NCBI GenBank assembly: GCA_965645245.1
Contig: OZ287068.1
Location: 496,001-560,000, forward strand
Length of the DNA: 64,000 nucleotides
Direction of reading: 5' to 3'
Origin: Massalongia carnosa
Lineage: Eukaryota
Position numbers and translations under genes: made by a program
Notes under the pieces: generated by a model
The model's input: only the letters and a program-made list of their open reading frames with translations
Database searches by the model: none
Told to the model about the DNA's origin: nothing
In this document: positions 1 to 12,031 of the stretch, one piece after another
How the letters are laid out: each line of letters starts with the position of its first letter
Numbering within the stretch: the first letter of the stretch is position 1

Positions 1-1
1 T

Positions 2-1798
2 GTGGACGAATATGATGTATGGCCTGGGGATCTTGTGTCACAAAAAGACGGTGAGGAAGCTATGCTGGAAATAGGGACAAACATCTTTCGTACTCGCAAC
101 ATTGCTGTTGTGCAATCGGCCAATGCGGCTGAACGCGTAGCAAAGGTTCGGTGGTTTGAAAATACCGACGTTTTGATTGGAGGGGACGACCAGTCCTTGC
201 TACTATCTCAGGGTATGATTGGCTCCATAGGGAAGAGGCAAAGTGAAGTCTCGCTGTACGAGATTGCTGCATACCCAGCTTTGGCAAAGAATAGAGGGGA
301 CATTGTGATTGTCATACCCTATCCATTACCACCTCCTGACGCCCTTGATATCCCTGAACAAGCCTCCACCTATCAAGCTCTAGTCACCCAAGCTCGTAAT
401 GCAATTCAACTTGGTCAACCTGACCTGATTGCCTCTGACCCAGTGGATGTCGGAACCTCGGAAGGCTTTGAATGGGTTGGAGAAGTTGTGCACGTTACCC
501 TAGATGGCCGTGTAGTGGTTCGCCTTGGAGCATTGTCAGAAGCTCGAGATATTATCCTGCCTTTGGAGAGGATTATGGTTGTGGCTAGCAACGACGACGA
601 AAGTAGCGCTACGCTATCGGAGGAGGAGGACGGAGATGACTCAGGTGGGAGTGATTCCGAGGCAGCTAGCAACTGGAGTACAGAGAGTGGCTCTGTCGAA
701 ACGATCAGCGTAACTGTAGAGTACGAAGGTGGAAGGAGATTAGACGAGGATCAAGACGATAGCATGTGGACAACGGAGGACGAAGAACTTGCGACTACAG
801 ACCCAAAAGTCTCGACAGCTCTTGCGGCCGATCGAAGCCCGCAACTCGCCGTTGGTTTACTTGGATCCGAGGCGATGGACATCGAGTCGAAAGTTATTGC
901 TGCCGGAAATCAAAAGGTCCTTTGCTTCTCAGACTATCCTACAATGCCTCCTCAATTTGATGTTTTGGAGAGCCCTGTTCCGAATGATCATCACTTTTAT
1001 GACTGCAGTGGAGGCCTGACTGCTGCGGCGATGCGTCGCGTCGGCAAGGAACACGAGATTTTGAGATCTTCTCTACCTGATGGCATCTTTGTGAGGACAT
1101 GGGAAAGTGCGCTCAATTTGCTCCGCGTCGTGATAGTTGGTCCTCGCGATACACCCTACGAGCTCGCACCCTTTGTCATCGACATTCAGCTAGACTCGCG
1201 CTTCCCAGCCTCTCCTCCAAACGCTTTTTTTCACTCTTGGACGAATGGCATCGGCCGAATCAATCCCAATCTGTACGAAGACGGCAAAATTTGCCTCAGC
1301 ATTTTAGGCACCTGGCCTGCTGATGAGAGAAACGAAGGGTGGACCGCAAAGGGCTCCAGCATCTTGCAGGTCCTCGTTAGCCTGATGGGTCTCGTTTTGG
1401 TCAAAGAGCCCTATTACAACGAAGCCGGCTTCGACGTTTTAGTTGGCACTGAAGAATCCCACGTTACCTCGGCGCAATACACCGAAAAGGCCTTCGTCAT
1501 GGCCAAGGGCTTCGTCAAGACAGCGTTGGCTCAGCCCCCTAGTGGTGTGGCGGACATAATCAATTGGCTCTATCTGCCTTCGCAGCCTGGTCCTCATCTT
1601 CTCGAACTTATCGTTAAAGAATCGAAGGCGCTAATCCCTGACTCGACACCAGTCCCGTCCCTGGATAGGAGTGCGAGCGCAGGAAGTGGCCAGGCGGCCC
1701 GTAGACTAAGTGCGGGCGCATTGGTGCTCTTGAAGCGAAGCGTTGAGTGGCTAGAGTCATATCTTCAGCATGAAGAGGTGGCTGCAATTCAGGCTTGA
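2..1798 (+). CDS. UBE2O-like (E2/E3 hybrid) ubiquitin-conjugating enzyme, 5' end outside the window
   Basis: 598-aa open frame. C-terminal UBC fold (IVGPRDTPYE...RINPNLYEDGKICLSILGTW, catalytic Cys; LVKEPYYNEAGF) follows a long acidic region typical of UBE2O-class E2s. Confidence 0.9.
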   Translation: MDEYDVWPGDLVSQKDGEEAMLEIGTNIFRTRNIAVVQSANAAERVAKVRWFENTDVLIGGDDQSLLLSQGMIGSIGKRQSEVSLYEIAAYPALAKNRGDIVIVIPYPLPPPDALDIPEQASTYQALVTQARNAIQLGQPDLIASDPVDVGTSEGFEWVGEVVHVTLDGRVVVRLGALSEARDIILPLERIMVVASNDDESSATLSEEEDGDDSGGSDSEAASNWSTESGSVETISVTVEYEGGRRLDEDQDDSMWTTEDEELATTDPKVSTALAADRSPQLAVGLLGSEAMDIESKVIAAGNQKVLCFSDYPTMPPQFDVLESPVPNDHHFYDCSGGLTAAAMRRVGKEHEILRSSLPDGIFVRTWESALNLLRVVIVGPRDTPYELAPFVIDIQLDSRFPASPPNAFFHSWTNGIGRINPNLYEDGKICLSILGTWPADERNEGWTAKGSSILQVLVSLMGLVLVKEPYYNEAGFDVLVGTEESHVTSAQYTEKAFVMAKGFVKTALAQPPSGVADIINWLYLPSQPGPHLLELIVKESKALIPDSTPVPSLDRSASAGSGQAARRLSAGALVLLKRSVEWLESYLQHEEVAAIQA

Positions 1799-2567
1799 AG
1801 GACCAGGCAGGCATTTTCGATCCGACGGCGGGGTTGGGATCCTTGGGGAAGGTTGTTATGATATCCCTTATACTTGGGCATAGCAAGGGGCGTTAAAAAT
1901 ATCCATTTCATAGCGTAAGTAAACGTTGGCCAATCTCAAGGCCATTTTATCGTTCCTCGGCCATCAGCCCAAAAGAATTGATGAGATCCGGTCAGTCGTA
2001 TCATTCCAACATTTTATGAGGGTGACGGTTCTGCCCGCCGTTAGGCTATCACTTGAAGGCTGATTGGATGTGTCAACCCTATTCATTCCTCTGGAGCACT
2101 TTCTTTCTTGATCCTCTTTCCCTTTCACGTCGTAGTTAAACCCCCCGCTAGTTACCTTGAGTATCCCGAGGTCACCTTTTCAATCAGAGCAGCTCAGATT
2201 ATCTTCATCATCATCGTCATCATATTGAATTACTCATAAGGAAAGGCAACAGTTGATAAGTGGAAATTTGAACATCTCGAGTCAAAGCATGTCGGTTTTT
2301 TATCAAATAGGAAGCAAATCGGATCGAGAAATGAAGTTGAATAAAATCATCGTGATAATCAATTTGTTAATTGAGTTTAAAGTCTGCTTAATGCACATGT
2401 GAAAAATCCTCAAAACATGCTTTCTTCATTCGTTAATTCTGTTCAGTTTAATCATATCTTGAAGTTTTCATTTGATTAATTAACTATGCACCTGCGTAAA
2501 AATTTTTTGACTTCGTTTGTTTAATCGTTGTTGTTGAAACTGAGACTTCAACAGGCAATTGATATAA

Positions 2568-2640
2568 CTATTATGATAGATCGTTAGTGTCTGGATACGC
2601 GAATTTAAACGAACTTCATAGCAATATAAATTATCTGTTG
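2568..2640. mobile_element. Terminal fragment of the Tc1 family seen at 16592-18118
   Basis: actattatgatagatcgttagtgtctggatac...gaatttaaacgaacttcatagcaatataaattatc aligns with 16593-16666, mostly with G>A/C>T differences. Confidence 0.7.
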
Positions 2641-4088
2641 TACGACACGGGTCAGCTATGTCTATCACACGGGTCTCCTTCGTCTACAACACGGAGCCCT
2701 TCGGCTGAAAGAAATAAAATATATAGACACATAGTGTAGGGTCACCCTACACGATACAAGGGATTTGGGTTATGAAAACCATCCGATTGATGGCTACCGT
2801 GAGCAATACGGCCCGAACCGGAGTCGTATCGGGGATGATGAAGGCAACCCAGTCATCAAATAAGACATCCTTGAGACAAGAAGAGGGCAATATACGAGGA
2901 ACCCGTTAGTTGATAACAGTCTAAGCCCTGAGTTAATAGACGAATTTCAAACGAGCATCCTCCGAGTTGTCCTCGACTCGTTTTGATTAGTAGGAACCGG
3001 AAATCGATACTATACTGCCTGATCAGGAGCATAATGGCCGAAATCCCTGCGAGACATGATCGGTTCATAAACGGGAGACCTTTATGAATAACGCGAAGTG
3101 GGCGTAAAAAACCCGTGAGGCGTGATATGCAATGACGGCCACCGTACGGAGACCGTCTGCATAGCCCGAGAGGACAGTATGCGCATGTCGGTGTATATAG
3201 AGCAGCGAATGTCTATCTCGCTCGTAAAGAGACCCCGTCGGTTCGCCGGCGCATGGGCTACGGCTAGACTCGCCCTTGATATATGCTTAAGGAGTAAACT
3301 GGGACTGACCTGGGCGAAAGGGACGTCGTTCATCCCAATCGTAGAATTCATCAATAGTCTTGAGCCGTAAAACGCACCAGTGAGATGAACGAAAACTGGG
3401 ATAGAGACTTCACGAAGGAGATGTCAGCTCTATTTTATCATTCTTAGTAATATCAGAACCGCTTACTCCAGCACAAGCAGCCCTACTCACAAAAAAACGC
3501 ATCAAATTACACGAAACTCTAGTCAAAGCAGAAAGCGCTCTAACAATTCAGATACGCTCAGAAAAGATAGATCTAGCTGACTTCCTATTTAGACATCGCG
3601 TTCCCGACGTCTTGAAACCGAAGTGTCCATGTGACTGGTCAAAACAAACAGCGAAACATGTAATCATGTTTTGCAAACTCAACAGTAACAGACATTCAAT
3701 ATTACGCTCCATCGGAACAAATAATATCGACTCATTACTGACTTATTCAGAGCGATGAAACTAGTCACCGGTTGATTAATGAAGATCGGCTTATTAATCC
3801 AGTTCTCACAGGCAGCACAGCATTTATATCATTGACAATTGGCGATTAAATACGTCGATTCTTTTCTTTAACTTGTCATCGATCAACTGTTCTTTAGGAA
3901 GATCTCTCGACGGAGCCTCGGAGAGTATTCGTAGAAGTATCGAATTACTTAGTTTTTCTTCCTCAAAAGGTTTTCCATGTATTCCATAGACTGGCCCGCA
4001 TGGGCCGGCCTTCGGCCGGTACCACATCGGAATAAGAATGTCATGGTGTGAACATGAGACGTGGAGGTTCATTGAACAGGTCCATATA

Positions 4089-4581
4089 CGGCTGCCCTAG
4101 ATGGACTTTAAGTTTTAGCGCCGGCGGATGATCGTGGTTAGACTGCGAGCTTACCTAGTTGGGCTTAGTGTTCCTTTTCAGGAGTTAAAGGAAATCTCTG
4201 CGAGCAGTTACTGTTTTCCTCCTTGTGTTCGTTTCGTCAGATTATCATGTAGTATAGTCGATAGCAAAACACTGTTCTACCACATGGATAGGATCATTGG
4301 ACTCCTAATGTGACAGCAACAACAGATAATTCATGATAATGATGATAATTCTTTGTCACGGTAGGAGTCCAATGATCCTATCCATGTGGTGGAACAGTGT
4401 TTTGCTATCGACTATACTACATGATAATCTGACGAAACGAACACAAGGAGGAAAACAGTAAGTTAACTGCTCGCAAGAGATTTAACTCCTACAAAGGGAC
4501 ACTAAGCCCCACTCGGTAAGCTCGCAGTCTAACCACGATCATCCGCCGGCACTAAACCTTAAAGTCTATCTAGGGCAGCCG
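4089..4581. mobile_element. Foldback/MITE-like palindromic element
   Basis: ~225-bp inverted arms (4089-~4315 and ~4354-4581; CGGCTGCCCTAGA...TCTAGGGCAGCCG) around a ~40-bp AT-rich spacer. TA on both sides (4087-88, 4582-83). No credible ORF. Confidence 0.85.
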
Positions 4582-4583
4582 TA

Positions 4584-6264
4584 CGGAGGATGACACAGGA
4601 AGTTCTGGCCGACGCTAATATGCACGCTAAATAAGCCACCTACAAGGGCCTCAGCCCTACGAAGATAAACTCCTTTATTTACTCCTTTTTTACCTTCTTA
4701 TCCACCTCCTCATCAGTCTACATTGGCCCACTCCTCCTCATCTTCAGTAGGACCTCTCTTTGAACGCAGATTACGACTGCGCCGCTCCTCAGCATCGTAA
4801 GGTCGTACCATTCCTCCTGTTCTCCCTTCTCTGTACTCGTTTCCTCCTTCTAATTCAATGACAGTCTGTATGTGACGAGGCATTCTCTCTATCCAGCTTT
4901 GTATTTGCTCCTGCGATAGCTCGTCCCAACATTCAGTCCATGCTACTTCGGCCTCCCGTCTGCTTCGTGGAGCTCCGAGGTGGGTTGTACGTCTTTTCAT
5001 CCAAGGCCAGCATGGTTCAATCATGTTGAGATCAGGTGAGTTGCCAGGCCACAAAAAAAGCGAAGCACTCGAAAGTCCATAAACACCACATCCTGATGCT
5101 TGGAGGTATGACAGGGGGCCTTATCTTCTTGAACCACCGTGTTTGGACGATCTTTCATGCATTCGGTAGCGAATGGAAGAAGTTTGTCTATCAAAATATT
5201 CTTTTGATAGCGATACCAGTCAATTCCTCCCTTTTTATTATCTCGCACGATCTTTCCATGTTTTTGATCCCATATCCATCGAGGCTGTCGTCCTCCTGGA
5301 TTTCTTAGTCTCATTCGTCTCATTCCATTTTCTAACTCCCAATTGAGCTTCGCCTCTGATTCCAACCTCTTATTGAGAAGCTTCAGCTCTTCCTCGGCTG
5401 CCTTCTTTTCTTTTGCAGACTCAGTCTTCCAGATATGAAAAGGACCTTTTTTATCGTACGAGAAACACCCCCAAAACATGAACTCTGAGTGTCCTTTCCA
5501 TCGACGACGAATGCATGTTTTATCATTCATTTCTTTCGAGGTTCTCCATTGCAGTCTTCTTCCTCTTACTGCATTCAGCATCACGCTCGTCTCGTCACTC
5601 CAGATGACGTTCTTCCAGTCTTCAAGGGTCCAATGCTGATGATCAATGCAAAATTTCAGACGTGCTTCCTTCATGATCGAAGTAAGGCCAGGCTTTTTCG
5701 TTGATTTACAGGCTCGAAATCCATTCTTTTTAAGAACCTTCAAAATAGTGGAAGAACTCAGCTCATGATCAAAAGCCAACATAGCTGAAGACTTCTCCCT
5801 TCTGTTTCGATCTTTGCGTACATCAGTCAATATAGCCTCCTCCAATGCAGGTGTTACTTTAGAAGGTTGGCCTGAACGAGGTGCATCTTCTACATATTCC
5901 ATCTTCAAGACTCGTGAGATCTCGGGATCATATCCTCTGCTTCTTGCTTTCTTCTTGGTATGACTGATAGATCTCGTCGAGACTTCAGTGATTTCCTCTA
6001 CTCTTTTGGCTGATACTCCATGCTCTACGAGAGTCAAGGCCTGAAGTCTTTGAGCGAGAGTCAGTGTGTTATCTTGAGGACGAGTCATGATGATGATAGC
6101 TACAAAATACCAACTAAAATCAACTATTAATTACAAATAATAAAGCATTTTATCTCTTGATGCCCGGAGAACCTTTTTTTAAAAAATTTACCACCCCCCT
6201 GTCTAGTGGCGGAAGCTAATGCAAGCTAAAATACGCGAGCCAGAACTTCCTGTGTCATCCTCCG
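4584..6264 (-). mobile_element. Tc1/mariner (DD34E) DNA transposon
   Basis: Perfect 26-bp TIRs CGGAGGATGACACAGGAAGTTCTGGC (4584-4609, 6239-6264), TA target duplication, transposase inside. Confidence 0.95.
4713..6088 (-). pseudogene. Tc1 transposase with one frameshift near 5052-5059
   Basis: ORFs 5021-6088 (HTH, WSDET, QEDKA) and 4713-5054 (WPGNSPDLNMIE) join across a T7 run; spacing DD34E once repaired. Confidence 0.9.
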
Positions 6265-6405
6265 TAGATGGATGACAGTTGCTCTTATAAAATCAACGTT
6301 TCATTATTTACATATAATTAATATTTAATCTTTATTTGCATTCAAAACTGCTTGCATTCGACGAGACATTGATTGCATTAAACTTTTTAAAAACGTCTTC
6401 GTTAT

Positions 6406-6536
6406 TGTGACGAAGCGAGATGGTGAAAGGCACAATACTTAATCCGCACACCAAGCTCTATTTTACTATAACTAGGACTCCCGCTATGTTCGCTGTAGGT
6501 CCTGCCGTCCGGACCACGCATGGTCGAACCGTTACA
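6406..6536. mobile_element. Solo LTR
   Basis: TGTGACG...CGTTACA termini with an exact 5-bp TSD GTTAT (6401-6405, 6537-6541). Confidence 0.75.
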
Positions 6537-6605
6537 GTTATGTAAATTGAAAAATTCTTTCGCGATCTTATTGCATAAAGATTAGAAAACGCGTTGTTTT
6601 ATAAA

Positions 6606-9094
6606 GGCTTCTAACCGGGACACCCCTTTTCACTACCTTGACACCCCATTTTACTACATTAACACTCCCCCCAAGCTAACCCAATCTGGTATGATTCCAA
6701 CCCGCCCACCTGAACTTCAAAGTAACACAATCAATAATCGTCCGCCATCATCATGACTCTTGCACCACCCCTGTTCATGCTGCAGGAGACTTATGGTTCT
6801 GTCGATCTTCTGATTCTCGTCATGCAAAAACATGCTGGCCCTCAAGGATATGCGGTCTGTCAACTTCGGACCAAAAAATCCTCAACCACCGGTCTAGTGG
6901 ACACATGCTACATTTGTTGTGATCAAGGGAGAAACGAGCGTCAGCCCCGGGGCCAAAAGCGCTTGCATGGAGCCTCCAGGAACGCCGATTGCCCCTTCTC
7001 CATAGTAGTCAAACGGAAGGATGACGGCTGGATAGTTCGCGACATTCGTAATCCAGATCACAATCATTTTGCTACTGTCGAAGGCGCCCATCCATCGCTC
7101 AGGAAAATCGCCCTCAACCCAGCTATAAACGAGGAAATTGTGCGCGCCACAAAGGTTCAAATAAACCAAGTCAAATTATTTCGACATTACGATTGGGGCA
7201 AAGCAATGAAACAGATGACGATAATCTCATTTTCAAACGTCAAGACATCTACAATGCAAAGGCGGTAATTCGACATAAGGCTTTGGGAATACTGTCTCCT
7301 ATACAAGCATTATTGAAAGAATTAAATCGCGATCATTGGTAAGTCTTTGAGGGTATTTTTCTTTCGATTTATATACTAAACACTGTAGGGATTCGTCTCA
7401 CTTCAAGGATAATTCTGATCGAATCACTCATCTTTATTTCAGTAAAGACACGAGTCAAAACACTTTGAAAACAAACCCGGACGTGTTAATCATGGACTGC
7501 ACGTATAAAACCAACAGATATAAACTACCATTGATATCAACCATGGGAACAACAGCATTAAACACCTCTTTCTATGTAGGGTTTTCCTTCCTTCGTCAAG
7601 AACGTCAGGAAGACTATATCTGGTTTCTTCAACAATTAAAGCACCTCTATCGTAAGCTTGAAATCCCATATCCAAAGTTGGTGGTGACCGATCGCGATGT
7701 CGGTTTGATGGCGGCCATTTACAAGGTTTTTCCTGACACACGTCATCTTCTATGCGTGTGGCATATTCACATCTGTGTTCAAGACATCTGGAAACCGATA
7801 TTCAGAAGCAATGAGCACCCCGATGATGATTGGATAGCTTTCGAAGTCATGTGGCATGCAGTGGTTTATTCGAAGACGGAGGAAGAGTATGATATCAATT
7901 GGGATGCCCTCAATGACGCTTATTCAACTGAGCATCCAATGGAAGTGCAGTATTTGATAGACACCTGGCTAGGCCCATACAAACGTAAATTCGTCAAGGT
8001 TTATGTCGACAAAATCCTTCATTTCAACAACACCGTCACGTCGAGGGTGGAGGGTGCTCATGCAGTTTTAGAGCATCAATTGGGCTTTTCCACCGGTGAT
8101 TTGAAAAAGGTAGTGGATAACATCGACCTGCTGATAAAGAATCAACATCAAGAGTATGTTATAAAATTGAATGAGGCCAAAATTCGATTTCCCACCAGAT
8201 TACAAAAACCTTTTTACAGCGATGTACGAGCTCACATTACACCATTCGCCCTGTTGAAAATTCATGATCAGTATGAACGCTTTATGAATCAAAACACCCG
8301 TCTACCACCTTGCACGGGAACTTTTCGAGCGACAATGGGGCTACCATGCGCTCATGAAATCGAGGTAAGTTGATAAACTGAACGAAATAGCCCTGAAAAC
8401 GTACTAATTCTATTGCAATCAGGTTCGACTGTCTGGCCCGGCCCCCAACGTGCTTCAGCGAGATGATATTCACGTCAAGTGGTGGTTTCAGCGCCCTCCA
8501 GAACAGGCTCATCATCGTCATGACACACCTCCTCCAAATGTCATTGATCCCTTACTTTTAGTGCATGAACCCGAGATAGTAGCGCGTCCCCGTGGACGCC
8601 CTACAATCGCAATGAGAAATGAACGGTTACGAACGGAAAGGGCTCAGCGAGAGGCTAACAACTCTACCCAGCGGGAGCCCTCCGGATTTGAACGTATGGA
8701 GGAAGCATTAAATGCACCTTCGACTCGGGGCCGAGGACGAGGGCGAGGGCGAGGGCGAGGGGTAGCAAGGGCTAGAGGAAGGGGACGAGGTGGTAAAGGA
8801 GGGACCTCCGGCGATGTCATTCAATCAATTGAAGTAGATGGAGTCGGTTTATTTCAGGCCTTCAGAATGTAATTACCTCGAAGGGAAAAAGCTGCTCGTC
8901 TATATGCCTGTTTACCATACATTGCAGAAGCCCTCATTTCCCATTTCCATCTTATCGTGTGCCCATTTCGCATGCTTTGATCGGGCGGGTGAACCTCGGA
9001 ATCATACCCGATTGGGTTAGCTTTGGGGGGTGGTGTTAATGTAGTGAAATGGGGTGTCAAGGTAGTGAAAAGGGGTGTCCCGGAATTAGATGCC
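6606..9094 (+). mobile_element. Mutator-like element (MULE)
   Basis: ~95-bp imperfect TIRs (GGCTTCTAACCGGGACACCCCTTTTCACTACC... / ...GGTAGTGAAAAGGGGTGTCCCGGAATTAGATGCC) and 9-bp TSD TTTTATAAA (6597-6605, 9095-9103). Confidence 0.93.
6753..8872 (+). pseudogene. MULE transposase (FAR1-like N-terminus, MULE DDE domain), 2 introns, one frameshift near 7160
   Basis: CDQG..CPF..HNH; DIYNAK; IMDCTYKTN, VTDRD, LLCVWH, SRVEGAH, GLPCAH. Introns 7339-7388 and 8365-8422 restore the frame. RPRGRP and (GR)n tail. Confidence 0.88.
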
Positions 9095-10247
9095 TTTTAT
9101 AAAAGACGAGTCCGATCTTTCGAGTCTTTCTTTTCTCTTTAGCTTTATTATTTTCGTTCATGACGTTTCTATGACCAGCCTATAGATAGATCGTAATATC
9201 GATATTAGAATAGTCGTGTCTGCGATAACGTGTTAGACTAACAGCCGACGTTAGACCTAATTAAACTCTTGGTATCGTAACATTTATTTGATTTTTCATG
9301 ACGTTGAAACGGTAATTAAAGTGTTACAAATTTTATGTTAATAGGTAATCACGCTGTACAAAATAAGAGAGCTTGTAATAGATTAATGAACTTGTGATAA
9401 CTATGAATTAGTTACGATCTTTCTAACTTGTACGTAGAAACTGATTTGTTATATAGTCGTGTTCTTCAGCGAAATGGTCACTGGTGATCAAGAGTTGATC
9501 AGCAGCAATCGAGTGGTGATCATGGCTCCTTCACGGTATAACAGACCTTCTTTGTCGACATAGATACGAATTGCTTTGTCAGCTGGTTTCGATACCTGGC
9601 ATCGGTTGCCCGTTTAACAGTCGTCGACTGGTTTTCTTTATATAATTCGCTATGATGTGGTAGTTCAGACGACGAATGAGGACTGGATTACGCTTTCTTG
9701 TGTCCGATTTCATCGTTTCACCTACACACACGAAGCGGGTAGATAATAACTTGATAGGTGCTTGGCATTACTAAACCCGTTCCTATCTCCAAGGGACGAC
9801 AACGCCTTCTTACTCGAATCTGCATCTCGTTATTTTCTTGATGGGTTCTGTGGGGAGCGGGAAATAGCGATTCGGCATGTTAGTTCTAGTTACCTTCTTT
9901 TCCCCCCTTAGCCTTGTTGTTGAAACAGGTTTATTCCTGCTCGCGCATGCCGCTTCAGATTTAATCATGTATCCTTTCTCTTGTTTCGTTTGCGGCGGTA
10001 TGTGTGCCGAGATAAGGCACTTTCGGAGATGTTGACGACGACGATCTGGCTTTCTCACCCGCTATCGAACCTCGTGGATCTTCCAAAGCATCCAGTTGAC
10101 CATGTTCCAGGCCTTCCGGTATCCGTTGACGAGCTACCTCGCAACTCCGAGAAACTGCGTTATAAATGCTGTGTATAGAATTCCCAAATTCAGCGCTAAT
10201 GTCGAGCGTCCTGAATTATCTCTGTATTCATTAGGATTGTTTTCAGG

Positions 10248-10901
10248 ATGCAATTTACTGCCCGTATTGCGCTTCTTTCTCTCTTCTGCGCTCTTGTGGC
10301 TTCGGCGCCTTTAGCTTGTGATGTTTACACTACAGACGACGCAGGAGTGGAGACCTGTGCTGCGGACCCTATATCTCCGCCAGGCTTCGGTTTAAATGAC
10401 GCGTCGACTATCGGAGCCGACGTCAACATTGCCAGCAGCGAGTTTTCCAACAAGGACGTTTCTGGCCCCGTTGTTCCCAGCAACGATGGTCCCAGCAATG
10501 CAGCTTCCACCGGGTATATTGCGGGCAACCCATTCTCCGACTTCGCTAACTGGTTCACCGGTCACAAACCAGCGCAGCGAGCGGTCCCGATTTCAAGCGC
10601 GATTAAAAACAGCGATTTATATGGCAAGGGATACAAAACTACATTTTGCGACGACGACACATATGTACGGTTTTCCCACCGCCGCCGCCACTACCACTAC
10701 GGAGGGCGGGATCTTCCAAATGGTCCAGTCTTGCTGACGAGCATGCAGGTGTGCGATACGGGCTTGCAATGTTTAGGCTGCCACAACCAAAATAATTTTC
10801 ACGCATGCATCGATCCAACGTACTGGGTGCAGAACTTTTGCGGACCGGAATTCCTTGAGCAATCGAAAGAATTCCGATGCAGCTGTGGACAGGTCCGGTA
10901 G
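10248..10901 (+). CDS. Small secreted cysteine-rich protein (effector-like); probable in-frame intron 10665-10748
   Basis: Signal peptide MQFTARIALLSLFCALVASA-P and an 8-Cys C-terminal module; GTACGG...GCTGAC...CAG 84-nt intron candidate. Confidence 0.7.
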   Translation: MQFTARIALLSLFCALVASAPLACDVYTTDDAGVETCAADPISPPGFGLNDASTIGADVNIASSEFSNKDVSGPVVPSNDGPSNAASTGYIAGNPFSDFANWFTGHKPAQRAVPISSAIKNSDLYGKGYKTTFCDDDTYVRFSHRRRHYHYGGRDLPNGPVLLTSMQVCDTGLQCLGCHNQNNFHACIDPTYWVQNFCGPEFLEQSKEFRCSCGQVR

Positions 10902-11264
10902 AAGGTTCGGATTGGGATATTGGAATCCTTTCAAAACAGTAGAAGGGTTGTGGCAAAACCGTGAGAGAGAGGCAAGGCCCCGGAGGTCGAGGGGGGAGGG
11001 CAGGGAAGAAACCGGGCACATGCACGGCTATCTACCTATCTATGTACCTATTCACTCACAATCGATACCGGGTTCAGTAAATCGCAAGCAAAGTTTATTG
11101 TTCGACATGTCACAATCCGTTCATTAATCTGTAAACCCCCCATTCCGGGTAACCATTCCGGGTAAGTTCCTACGTTCATAAGGCCTCGCGTCTTACCTTG
11201 GGGGAAAGGGGGGGGTCGGTCTTTCGTGTCTTCGGTTCCCGGGTTCTGGGTTCCTTTTGGTTTT

Positions 11265-11271
11265 GTGATGG

Positions 11272-11300
<29 letters not shown>
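11265..11300. repeat. (GAT)n microsatellite
   Basis: gtgatggtgatgatgatgatgatgatgatgatgatg. Confidence 0.9.
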
Positions 11301-11302
<2 letters not shown>

Positions 11303-12031
11303 AGGCGATAGATGGGGAGAAGGAGAGATGGGAAGAGATATATGGAGTAGAGTTATGAATAAATGAATGGATAATAAAGAAAGGAAGGAAGGAGCATAAG
11401 GAAAGGGCTAAGAATGCGCAGAGAGAGAGAGAGGAATGGATGAACGGGATTTTCCAGCGTCGAGGATCACCCAGTTGAGTAATTACCAGGTGTGCCTAGC
11501 TGCCATATATGAGTCTTCTCAAATAATGGCAATTTGGGGGGGTTGAGAAAATATGGCGTTCTGGTTCGACTGGTTGGTCGACTGGTTGGTTACATTTTGG
11601 TGGAATGAGAACTAAAATCAAGAAGGGGGGAAATAAGGAAGAGAATCAACGGAAGAAAAGCATAATTGTCAATCTACTCGTAGCGCTCCCTCCCTTTTTC
11701 GTAAACATCTATCCCCTCTGGAAACCCCCCCCCTTCCCCCGCCAAAATGAAGAGACTAATCCGCCTTCTATGCAACCGCTCCTGTTTTATGTTTTTGTGC
11801 GCTGTGTCCCAGCACTTGGTCAAGCGAAACTGTTTTTTTTTTGGCCGGTAAATGTAGGGGTTTTTTCTTTCTCTTCTTCTAACCCAGAAAAAAGTGGATT
11901 TCCAACTTTATTTTGTTTTTTTTTGGAATGAAACGACAAAGTACGCAAAATACGAATGGACTTTTACACCATCGTGTCGCCCTTAGGGAACAACTTAAAG
12001 AAAATGCGGGAAGATTTTAGGATAAAGCCTA

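Noticed and set aside
2636..2758. LTR-like segment TGTTGTACG...CGATACA
   Set aside because: No matching TSD, partner LTR or clear PBS/PPT.
5045..5065. Programmed ribosomal frameshift in the Tc1 transposase
   Set aside because: The related copy at ~55960 reads LRLLWLG continuously, so a homopolymer indel is more likely.
9447..9619. Possible solo LTR (TGTTATA...TTTAACA)
   Set aside because: Flanks do not form a TSD.
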